A DNA stretch of 55,608 nt from positions 1 through 55,608 of the forward strand of contig CANNTX010000001.1 in NCBI GenBank assembly GCA_947522695.1, written 5' to 3'. The notes beneath the pieces were generated by a model. The model saw nothing but the letters and a program-made list of their open reading frames with translations. It was not told the origin of the DNA and did no database searches. Origin of the DNA: an uncultured Bacilli bacterium. Its GTDB lineage: Bacteria; Bacillota_I; Bacilli_A; RF39; UBA660. The position numbers were made by a program, and so were the translations under genes. Positions 1 through 9,641 of this stretch are shown here, in pieces. The number at the start of each line of letters is the position of its first letter. Position 1 is the first letter of the stretch.

Positions 1-1299
<1,299 letters not shown>

Positions 1300-1358
1300 T
1301 AAATTATGTAAACTGGAAATAAGTAATAAGATATAGTATAATGATTTCGAGGTGTTAT

Positions 1359-1829
1359 ATGAATAATATAAAAAAGTTTTATAAAAATAACCGTATTTAT
1401 TGTATTTTAATGGGAGTAAGTATATTTTGCCTTGCTTTAATTGCTGTGCTTGGTATAGTTTATTTTGTTAATCAAACTAAAAATGATAAATATGGTGATC
1501 GTTTAAATGGAATTGAATCTGTTCAAATTACAGATGATCATATAAATGAAATGGTAAGCGAAGTCGAGAAAAATGAGCTTGTTGAAAAAGCATCTATTTC
1601 TGTTAAGGGGAAAATAGTTTATATAACCGTAGCTCTTAAAGATGGAAAAAGACAAGATGCTGAAGGAATTGCAGTTAAATCTTTAAGCAGTCTAACTGAG
1701 GATGAAAAAGCTTTTTATGATGTTAGTTTTGCTTTCACTAAAAATGAAGATGAGACATTTCCAATTTTAGGTTATAAAAAGAGTGATGCAACCATTATTT
1801 CTTGGTCAAAAGTTAGTGGAGAAGAATAA
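1359..1829 (+). CDS. hypothetical membrane-anchored protein (single N-terminal TM)
   Basis: The ORF track gives 1341, but the ATG at 1359 follows a GAGGTG RBS. Hydrophobic segment IYCILMGVSIFCLALIAVLGIVYF. The stop overlaps the next start (ATAATG at 1829). Confidence 0.6.
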   Translation: MNNIKKFYKNNRIYCILMGVSIFCLALIAVLGIVYFVNQTKNDKYGDRLNGIESVQITDDHINEMVSEVEKNELVEKASISVKGKIVYITVALKDGKRQDAEGIAVKSLSSLTEDEKAFYDVSFAFTKNEDETFPILGYKKSDATIISWSKVSGEE

Positions 1830-3850
1830 TGAAAAAAGTTAAAAAAATTGTTATTCCAATAATTATTGCTGTTATTTTGATAGTATGTTCTATATTTGTT
1901 TACTATAATTATTTTTATGATTCTAATAAGCTTAGTATTAGGGAAAAAGAATGGATTAATAGTAATGCAAATAGAGTTATTTCATTTGGAATACCAACTA
2001 ATTTAAATAATTTCAGTAAAAGTGGAACAGGTATTTTTTATGATTTTACTAAAGATTTAGCAGATGAATATAAATTAAAAATAAATAATAATAGTTATAC
2101 AAGTTTTGATAATTCTCTAGGTTTTTATTTAACTAGTGTACAAAATGATAATGATTTATTATTTTATAAAGATTTTTATGTGTTAGTAAGTAAAGGTGAT
2201 AAAGTTGTTACTGATATAAATCAAGTTAGAGATGCTAAAATTGGTACTATTAATGATTATTCATCATTTTTAACTAGTAATACTTCTTTTGCTGGAACTA
2301 TAAGCATCGCCACGAATAGAGAAAATTTGTTAAAGGATTTTGAAGCAAATTATGATTATATCTTTATTCCTTTAAATGAATATTTAGATGAAATAGTAAG
2401 CAATAATTATAAAGTAGTTTATCAATTTGAAAATATTCCTATTTATTATTATTTACATTTAGGAACTGATACAACTTTTAATAGTGTTATTCAAAAATTT
2501 TATAATGAATGGAAGAATAACTCCTTAGATGATTATTACTATAAGCATTTATTTAATTTATACAAAACAGAATTAACTTTGACTGATTTAGAAATTGATT
2601 CTTTTAATAAAAATGTTTATAGTTTCGGATTTGTTACTAAATCACCTTATATTTCAGGAAATAGTTCTAAAATAGGTGGTATAGTAGCTGAATATTTAAA
2701 AGAATTTAGTAAACTTACGAATGTTGAATTTAAATATGTTGCTTATAAAAATAATAGTGATTTAGAAAAAGCGTATAATAATCAAAAAATTGATTTATTA
2801 TTTAATGATACTACAAATTATGAAAACACTTTAAAAACTAATATTAATGAAAAAATTGCTGTTATTTCAAATAATAAGAATAGTGATTTTTATGCTAATT
2901 TAAATATGATTAATGCTAAAAATGTATGCGTTATTGAAAATAGTAATTTATATGGTTATTTAAGTGACTTTAGTAATATAAAATTAGAAAAAGTTAAGAA
3001 TGAACAAAAACTTATAAATTGTTTAAAGAAGAATAAATTAGTTGCAATTGATGAATATACTTTAAATTATTATAGTAATGATTTATTAAATGACTATCAT
3101 GTGGTTTATAGTGGATATAATACAAATAATTTTAGTTTTAAATATAAGAGTAATGATGATGCTTTTTATAAAGTGTTTAATAGTTATATAAATACTTTAG
3201 GAAATAAAGAAATGATGGTTAGAGGTTTGACTTCTTATGTGAAAATGTCTAATGTTTCTAATATTGTTATTTCAGTGGCTAAATATATTTTAATTATAAG
3301 TGGAGTTAGTATATTGGTTGCTGGTATAGTTGTTTATTCAAAGAAAAAAGTTAAATTAAATACTAGAATTAAAAAAGACGAAAAATTGAAATTTGTTGAT
3401 ATGATGACTTCTTTAAAAAATAGAAATTATTTAAATGAAAGAATTGAAACGTGGAATCAAAATACAATATATCCTCAAGCTATTATTGTTATTGATTTAA
3501 ATAATGTTAAATATTTGAATGATACATTTGGTCATGAAGAAGGAGATAAGCAAATCATGGCGGCAGCTAATGTTTTACATCAAAATCAATTAGATAACAC
3601 TGAAATTATGAGAACTGATGGAAATGAATTTATGATTTATTTAGTTGGTTATAATGAAAAACAAGTTGTTAATTATATTAAAAAGTTGGTTAAAGAATTT
3701 GGCAATTTACCTTATGATTATGGCGCTGCTATTGGATTTAGTATGATTGTTGATGATTTAAAATTAATAGATGATGCAATTAATGAGGCTTCTTTGTTAA
3801 TGAGAGAAAATAAGGAAACTGAATATAATGAAAATGAAAAACAAGATTAA
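1829..3850 (+). CDS. membrane sensor protein with a large extracytoplasmic region between two TM helices and a C-terminal GGDEF-type domain whose active-site motif is degenerate (DGNEF)
   Basis: TM1 IVIPIIIAVILIVCSIFVYY; TM2 ILIISGVSILVAGIVVY. GGDEF-domain hallmarks: LKNRNYL, VIDLNNVKYLNDTFGHEEGD, RTDGNEFMIYL. Confidence 0.85.
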   Translation: MKKVKKIVIPIIIAVILIVCSIFVYYNYFYDSNKLSIREKEWINSNANRVISFGIPTNLNNFSKSGTGIFYDFTKDLADEYKLKINNNSYTSFDNSLGFYLTSVQNDNDLLFYKDFYVLVSKGDKVVTDINQVRDAKIGTINDYSSFLTSNTSFAGTISIATNRENLLKDFEANYDYIFIPLNEYLDEIVSNNYKVVYQFENIPIYYYLHLGTDTTFNSVIQKFYNEWKNNSLDDYYYKHLFNLYKTELTLTDLEIDSFNKNVYSFGFVTKSPYISGNSSKIGGIVAEYLKEFSKLTNVEFKYVAYKNNSDLEKAYNNQKIDLLFNDTTNYENTLKTNINEKIAVISNNKNSDFYANLNMINAKNVCVIENSNLYGYLSDFSNIKLEKVKNEQKLINCLKKNKLVAIDEYTLNYYSNDLLNDYHVVYSGYNTNNFSFKYKSNDDAFYKVFNSYINTLGNKEMMVRGLTSYVKMSNVSNIVISVAKYILIISGVSILVAGIVVYSKKKVKLNTRIKKDEKLKFVDMMTSLKNRNYLNERIETWNQNTIYPQAIIVIDLNNVKYLNDTFGHEEGDKQIMAAANVLHQNQLDNTEIMRTDGNEFMIYLVGYNEKQVVNYIKKLVKEFGNLPYDYGAAIGFSMIVDDLKLIDDAINEASLLMRENKETEYNENEKQD

Positions 3851-4682
3851 TAATGCTTTTACTAGATTTAAACATTATATATTAAATGTTTATAGAATAT
3901 TAAATAAGCCAGAGATGGCCGTATTGCCTGGTCAGCTGGCTTTTTCAATAATTCTTTCAATAGTTCCGATTATAACATTAATTGGATATGGAGCATCGTA
4001 TTTTAATATATCAATGGATACTATTATTAATATGTTAAAAAGTAATTTTTCAGATAGTATTGTTAATATGATAGTACCAATAATAAGTGGAGATAGTATT
4101 GATTTAAATTTGATAATAATGTTATGTTCAATGCTTTATTTTGCATCGAATGGACCTAGTTCTATAATATTTATTACTAATGAAATTTATGGTTTTGAAC
4201 AAACAAGCTGGTTTAAAAGAAGAATTAAGGCTATGATTATGACATTTTTAGTTATTGTGTTATATTTGTTCATATTACTTGTACCAGTTTTTGGTAGTAA
4301 GATTATTGATGCGATAGATTATTTTAATATTAAATCTGTTTTAACAAGTTTGTTAGGAATAATGCAGGGACCTATTTCATGGGTAATTATCTTTATATTT
4401 ATTAAAGTTATATTTACTTTAGCTCCTAACAAAAGTGTTGATCCAGTTAGAATAAATGTGGGAGCAATATTTACTTCACTTGGATTTATTGCTGTAACTC
4501 ATTTTTATGGCTACTATGTTAATCATTTTGCTAAGTATGATATATTTTATGCTGGATTATCAAATGTGATGGTACTACTTTTATGGATTTATTTTTTAAG
4601 TAATATATTGGTTATTGGAATATCATTAACAACCGAGGTAAATGAAGAAGATTTGCCAAAAAGTGGAAAGTTAAATTTTTAA
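3828..4682 (+). CDS. YihY/BrkB (ribonuclease BN-like) family integral membrane protein
   Basis: N-terminal LPGQLAFSIILSIVPIITLIG motif typical of the YihY family, about 6 TM segments, and overlap with the upstream gene. Confidence 0.85.
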   Translation: MKMKNKINNAFTRFKHYILNVYRILNKPEMAVLPGQLAFSIILSIVPIITLIGYGASYFNISMDTIINMLKSNFSDSIVNMIVPIISGDSIDLNLIIMLCSMLYFASNGPSSIIFITNEIYGFEQTSWFKRRIKAMIMTFLVIVLYLFILLVPVFGSKIIDAIDYFNIKSVLTSLLGIMQGPISWVIIFIFIKVIFTLAPNKSVDPVRINVGAIFTSLGFIAVTHFYGYYVNHFAKYDIFYAGLSNVMVLLLWIYFLSNILVIGISLTTEVNEEDLPKSGKLNF

Positions 4683-4793
4683 ATTTAAGACATAATAATA
4701 ACGTGCACACGAATATTACTTAGTGCACGATTAAATATTTTATGATATCAATCTAGTATTGTTGTACTAACGATATTGTAGAGTAATATTTGG

Positions 4794-4821
4794 GATGTGC
4801 ATTTAGGTGTACATCTTTTTT
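4794..4821 (+). terminator. candidate rho-independent terminator ~110 nt downstream of the yihY-like gene
   Basis: Stem GATGTGCA / TGTACATC (one mismatch), loop TTTAGG, followed by T6. Confidence 0.45.
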
Positions 4822-5064
4822 GTTTATGTAGAATTTTATATTATGTAGAGAACGACATAATTTTGTGTGCCATGCGCGGCATATACAAATGACACACATT
4901 CGCTGGAATAAGAGCCTTAAGGCAATTTATTGGGTAGACATTCAACTCGAAAAAAGTGAGTGTTCCATTTTTTATTTTATGCAGTTGTTTCTGCTTACAT
5001 GCTATGATTATCATAAAATCATCATTTTGTCAAAATTCTTTATGTAAAATTCTTTATGTAAAAT

Positions 5065-5231
5065 TTATTTTATTTTTAAACATGTTTCAATCTTACTAAC
5101 TATTACATTGTTAAAGGAAGTATCATTTTCCTTCGCTATCTTTTCAATTTCTTTAACCAAACTTTCCTTTAAATACAAAGTTTTATAGGAAGATGGTTTT
5201 TTCTCTTTTTTTTATTTGGAACAAATTTCAT
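5065..5231 (-). pseudogene. small ribbon-helix-helix-like ORF (~55 codons) interrupted by a 1-nt frameshift in a poly-A tract
   Basis: AGAGGTG RBS plus ATG at 5231 opens MKFVPNKKKRKN..., which stops at 5169-5171. The adjacent frame reads KKEKKPSSYKTLYLKESLVKEIEKIAKENDTSFNNVIVSKIETCLKIK* with no start codon of its own. Adding one A in the A8/A6 runs (5197-5213) joins the two frames. Confidence 0.45.
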
Positions 5232-5351
5232 TATATCACCTCTTTATAAATATTTTGTTATATTAATAAAATAAAGGATAAATTAGAAAATTATAATATA
5301 TCTTTTTAAAAATATATGTTATAATGAAATAAATGAAGAGAGGTAAGTTTC

Positions 5352-5657
5352 ATGAATGTTTTTGAAAAAGCACAAAAAAATTTAAAAAATGATATGATTG
5401 TATTATTTGTTTTAGAGTTAATTATTCTCGGTTTTTCAATTTACACAGAAAATATTAATATATTTTCAATTGGATTTGCAGTATTTTTGTTTATAGGATA
5501 CATCCTTGCAAAAAATGGTTCTAAATCAGCTGGAATAATTGGAATTATTGTTGGTATTTTGATGATGCTTACTATTATTACTGGTGATATAATTGATTTC
5601 TTATTAGGTTTATTTGTAATAATGCATTCTGCTAAGTACAATAAATCATTCAATTAA
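5352..5657 (+). CDS. small hypothetical membrane protein (3 predicted TM segments)
   Basis: AGAGGT RBS upstream of the ATG; hydrophobic stretches VLFVLELIILGFSIY, IFSIGFAVFLFIGYIL, GIIGIIVGILMMLTII. Confidence 0.6.
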   Translation: MNVFEKAQKNLKNDMIVLFVLELIILGFSIYTENINIFSIGFAVFLFIGYILAKNGSKSAGIIGIIVGILMMLTIITGDIIDFLLGLFVIMHSAKYNKSFN

Positions 5658-5924
5658 AAAAACATAATTTTACTTGAACGATTTGTTCTTGCTTAATTAT
5701 GTTTTAGGGTTTTAAAAGGGTTTTTCCCTTTGTACACACTCTATTGGAAATAGATATTGCTAACAAGTGAATGCTTGTCTTTTTATATGTCTATATCTCT
5801 ATCATGATAATCTTTATCAATTCCATAATTTTGTTCATTAATATAATCATTTATTTAAAGTGTGCATCTTTTTTTAAAAAAAATATTGCTTTGTTGTTAA
5901 AGCATTATTAAATTTTAGTTAATA

Positions 5925-8114
5925 TTATTTATGTTTATTTGTTTTATTATAATCATTGTCCAAAATTGCATAATATGGATTTTCAATAATAACTTTGTTA
6001 TCATCAATTTTTAAGTATTCCTTGTTTGTCATTTCGAAATCCCCGTAATTTAACAATTGTATTATATAGTCGGTGGTTAAATATTCGTTTAATTCAATAG
6101 AATATGTATCAATAAAATATTTTACATAATCATAAAATTCAAGGGTTACAAATTTTGAACTCGAATTTTCAGTTTCATATATTATTTTTCCTTTTTTATC
6201 TGACAATTTAAAATAATTTGTACCATCAATATTTTCACCAATCGTTATATTTAAATTTTTTAAATAATCTTCTTCTATTTTCTTACCATTAATAGTTAAT
6301 GATATTTTTTTATATTTATATGGTGAAATATTTAAATAGTTAGTAAGCAATTCATTAATATTATAATTGGTATTATTTGTTATGTTGTTAAATATGTATG
6401 ATATAAATTGATATTTATATTTAATGTCCCCCTTTAAAACTATATCTTCGACATTTATTAGAGTTATTTTTCCTTCTTTATTTAAAACTGAGACTCTTTT
6501 GTCTTGATTATATAATTTATTATTTTCTGGTATATCTATTATTAAATAAAGTTCATCATCTTTTGTAATACAATATTCTTTGATGGTTATATTTAGATAT
6601 CTACTAAAATTATTTAAAAAATCTTCTTTTGTTATTAAATCTTCTTTTAAATATCCATTAGATATAAGAAAATTATTGTATCTATTAAGAGTTTCAATAA
6701 ATATATTAAATAATAAATTATTGTTATTATAAGCTAAGATTAAATTGTTATTTGAATTAAAATAATTATTTAATTGTTCATACATTTCTTTTTTAGATTT
6801 AGGATTTTGTGAATAGTTAAATTTAGTTTTTGATAGATAGTTTTTGAAAGTATTTAAGTAATTATTTACAAGATTTGCATCATTAATGACTTCATTTGAA
6901 ATAAATATATCATATCCCATTTCTTTCAATATCTGATTATATTTATTTATATAGTTTTCTGCTATTGAAGAATAAGTATTACAGTCTATTAAGTTTAAAA
7001 AATTAAGAATATGAATGTATAAATTATCATTTTGATTGATACTATGAATACATAAATCAAACATTGCATCTAAAAATTCTGGAGATTCTTCTATTTTAAT
7101 ACTTTCACCTAATTTACTATATGTACGAGTCATTGCATCTGAACAATTAAATATATAATCAATATCTGATAATGGATATTTTTCTTTAAGCATATTGTAT
7201 AGTTTTGTTATACCACCTTGCTCATAATCATAGTAATTATAATCAACTAAAGTTAGTAAATAGTCTAGTATTTTTCCTTCTCTTTGATAAGATGTTACAT
7301 TTGTTATGCCACTTATTAATTTATTAATCATAGCTTCATCTATGGAATATCCTATTTTTTCTGAACGATAAATGAAATCTTCATCTTGTTTATTACTGGT
7401 CCAATTGTGGTATGAATGTGCCAATTCATGAAAAATAGTTTCATCTTCAAAAATATTATTTTTAATTTTTATAACATTTGAATGAGAATTATATGATCCA
7501 CCTATGTATTTATTCTCATTATTATCTTCAAGATCATATACTTTTAAGGTTTTTATATTGTCATAAAATATTCTATTATCTGTATTTGGATATTTTTCTT
7601 TAATATATTTCGCTAACATGATTGCTTTTTCTTTAAATGCATCATCAAAATTAGGATTATTATTAATAGCAGCAATCAAATCTTCTTCTAAAATATTATT
7701 TGTACCTAGATATGTATCTAATGTTCTAGTATCATCAAAAGAATTATCAACATATGTTGATTTTACTTCTAAAACATTTTTATCATTATTTTTTTTTAAT
7801 GCAAATGAGATAAATGAATTATAACTAATTACACCAGCTAACACTACTGAAATAACTTTGGTAAAGTCTATAACACATTCTCTAAAAGTTAGTTTTTTAG
7901 GTAATCTATCACCAATATTATAATATGAAACAAAAGGATTTCTGCCATTATATATTTTGTGTAGATTTATAAAATCATCAAGAAGGGGATATATATATTT
8001 CCCGTTTGATAATTCTAAAAAGGTTTTTCTTCCGTTTTCACATAAAAAGATAGTAAATACTTTTTTATTGTAGTGAATATTAAATAATTTTTGAACAGTT
8101 ATTTCGTTTTTCAT
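5925..8114 (-). CDS. orphan 729-aa membrane-anchored protein with an HExxH (zincin-like) motif; function unknown
   Basis: Long uninterrupted ORF. Cytoplasmic N-terminus of ~85 aa, TM VISVVLAGVISYNSFISFAL, then IFHELAHSYHNW (nt 7416-7430). I did not recognise the remainder. Confidence 0.7.
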   Translation of the reverse strand: MKNEITVQKLFNIHYNKKVFTIFLCENGRKTFLELSNGKYIYPLLDDFINLHKIYNGRNPFVSYYNIGDRLPKKLTFRECVIDFTKVISVVLAGVISYNSFISFALKKNNDKNVLEVKSTYVDNSFDDTRTLDTYLGTNNILEEDLIAAINNNPNFDDAFKEKAIMLAKYIKEKYPNTDNRIFYDNIKTLKVYDLEDNNENKYIGGSYNSHSNVIKIKNNIFEDETIFHELAHSYHNWTSNKQDEDFIYRSEKIGYSIDEAMINKLISGITNVTSYQREGKILDYLLTLVDYNYYDYEQGGITKLYNMLKEKYPLSDIDYIFNCSDAMTRTYSKLGESIKIEESPEFLDAMFDLCIHSINQNDNLYIHILNFLNLIDCNTYSSIAENYINKYNQILKEMGYDIFISNEVINDANLVNNYLNTFKNYLSKTKFNYSQNPKSKKEMYEQLNNYFNSNNNLILAYNNNNLLFNIFIETLNRYNNFLISNGYLKEDLITKEDFLNNFSRYLNITIKEYCITKDDELYLIIDIPENNKLYNQDKRVSVLNKEGKITLINVEDIVLKGDIKYKYQFISYIFNNITNNTNYNINELLTNYLNISPYKYKKISLTINGKKIEEDYLKNLNITIGENIDGTNYFKLSDKKGKIIYETENSSSKFVTLEFYDYVKYFIDTYSIELNEYLTTDYIIQLLNYGDFEMTNKEYLKIDDNKVIIENPYYAILDNDYNKTNKHK

Positions 8115-8194
8115 TTGGTTTTCACCTCTTGGAAGATTATAACATTTTTTTGTTTAATAATAAATGAATTATTTAAAGTGTTGAAAAAATGATA

Positions 8195-8247
8195 TAGTTA
8201 TCGACCAAAATTAACACTTTATATATCAAAAGTGGTCGATAACTTGC
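8195..8247. repeat. 53-bp repeat, copy 1 (contains a perfect 10-bp inverted repeat AGTTATCGAC-N29-GTCGATAACT)
   Basis: TAGTTATCGACCAAAATTAACACTTTATATATCAAAAGTGGTCGATAACTTGC; 48 of 53 positions are identical to copy 2 by manual alignment. Confidence 0.9.
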
Positions 8248-8288
8248 TTTTTTTGGATATTTATTGTACTATTTAATTGGTGATGATA

Positions 8289-9524
8289 ATGGATTTAATA
8301 TACAAAAGAGAAGATTATTTAAAAAAAGTTAGAAGTTTTTATAATGATAATATGATTAAAGTTATAACGGGAATAAGAAGATGTGGTAAGTCTTCATTAT
8401 TAAAATCTATTATTGAAGAGTTAAAGGAAAAGGGCATTAAGGAAAAAGATATTATTTATATTGAACTTGATAAGAAAGAATATAAGAATATTAAGAATCC
8501 TAAACAATTAGAAAAATTAATTGATAGTTTAATTGTTGATAATGATTTTAAATACCTGTTTATAGATGAAGTTCAAAATGTTAAAGGTTTTGAAACTGTT
8601 GTTAATGCGTATAGGGAAGAAGGAAATTTTTCAATCTTTTTAACTGGATCTAATTCATACTTGTTATCTGGCGAATTAATTACTAAACTTACGGGAAGAT
8701 ATATTGAATTTGAAATGTTACCTTTAAATTTTCGTGAGTATGTATTAATGAAAAAATTTTTAAATAAAGATGTTAATGATAATATATATAAAGAATTTGA
8801 AGAATACGTAAGATGTGGCGGTTTTCCAGGATCTTTATATTATGATAATTATGAAGATAAAATGCTATATACTAAAAATGTTATTAATCAAATATTTGAA
8901 AAAGATATTAAAAGAAATAAAAAGATTAAAGATAAACAATTATTTGAAGTTGTTCAAAAGTTTGTAATTAATAATTTTGGTTCAAGAATGAGTGTTAGTA
9001 GTATTTATAATTACTTAACTAAAGATAAAAATATAAAAGTTGATAGAAGAACAATAAAAGGGTATATAGATGTATTAGAACAGGCTAAAATAATTTATGC
9101 ATGTGATATGTTTGATATAAAATCAAAAGATGTTCTTGATGGGGAAAAAAAGTATTTTTTAGCTGATATAAGTTTATATTTTATGATTAATACAGATAAT
9201 AGAATTAATTATGGACCGGTTTTGGAAAATATATTATTTTCTTATTTTAAAAGTAAGGGATATTTATTAAGTGTTGGTAAAATTGGTAAATTAGAATGTG
9301 ATTTTATTGTAAGAAAAGGAATAGATAATTATTATTATGTTCAGGTGTCTAAAAATATAGATGATGATAATACTAGAGAAAGAGAATATAAACCTTTTTA
9401 TGCAATTAAAGAGATGTATCCTAGATATTTATTTGTGTTAGATTTAATTTTTCAAGAAAATATTGATGGAATTAAAAATGTTAATATAGTGGATTTTATA
9501 TATAATAATCAAGAATTGGTGTAG
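8289..9524 (+). CDS. AAA+ ATPase of the AAA_14 / DUF4143 type (COG1373-like)
   Basis: P-loop ITGIRRCGKSSLL, Walker B-like YLFIDEVQ, and a C-terminal region with the GGFP motif typical of DUF4143 proteins. The start is ambiguous (TTG 8277 / ATG 8283 / ATG 8289). Confidence 0.8.
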   Translation: MDLIYKREDYLKKVRSFYNDNMIKVITGIRRCGKSSLLKSIIEELKEKGIKEKDIIYIELDKKEYKNIKNPKQLEKLIDSLIVDNDFKYLFIDEVQNVKGFETVVNAYREEGNFSIFLTGSNSYLLSGELITKLTGRYIEFEMLPLNFREYVLMKKFLNKDVNDNIYKEFEEYVRCGGFPGSLYYDNYEDKMLYTKNVINQIFEKDIKRNKKIKDKQLFEVVQKFVINNFGSRMSVSSIYNYLTKDKNIKVDRRTIKGYIDVLEQAKIIYACDMFDIKSKDVLDGEKKYFLADISLYFMINTDNRINYGPVLENILFSYFKSKGYLLSVGKIGKLECDFIVRKGIDNYYYVQVSKNIDDDNTREREYKPFYAIKEMYPRYLFVLDLIFQENIDGIKNVNIVDFIYNNQELV

Positions 9525-9574
9525 TTATCGACTAAAATCTGCACTCTATATATCAAAAGTGGTCGATAACTTGC
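9522..9574. repeat. 53-bp repeat, copy 2 (overlaps the TAG stop of the ATPase gene)
   Basis: TAGTTATCGACTAAAATCTGCACTCTATATATCAAAAGTGGTCGATAACTTGC; same 10-bp inverted-repeat arms at 9523-9532 and 9562-9571. Confidence 0.9.
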
Positions 9575-9641
9575 AATTTTAATAAAATAATAGAATTTAT
9601 TTAAATTATATGATAGTATTGATATTGAAGGTGGGATAATA

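Noticed and set aside
4865-5047. 60-aa + strand ORF in the orphan intergenic block
   Set aside because: It has a GTG start without an RBS and its composition is not protein-like. The region is better explained as structured RNA or a remnant (reported as a finding instead).
5032-5064. 14-bp tandem duplication AAAATTCTTTATGT (two full copies plus a partial third) considered as a possible CRISPR or minisatellite seed
   Set aside because: There are only two full copies, no spacers and no cas genes. It is noted under the RHH finding only.
5441-5653. 70-aa minus-strand ORF antisense to the 5352-5657 membrane-protein gene
   Set aside because: It is a shadow ORF fully inside a better-supported + strand gene that has an RBS. 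Such open antisense frames are expected in AT-rich DNA.
7618-7824. 68-aa + strand ORF inside the 729-aa minus-strand gene
   Set aside because: It is an antisense shadow with no RBS and low-complexity sequence.
8195-9574. The 53-bp repeats considered as IS or transposon terminal repeats
   Set aside because: They are direct, not inverted, relative to each other. The enclosed gene is an AAA ATPase rather than a transposase or integrase. The observation is kept as a repeat finding, not called a mobile element.
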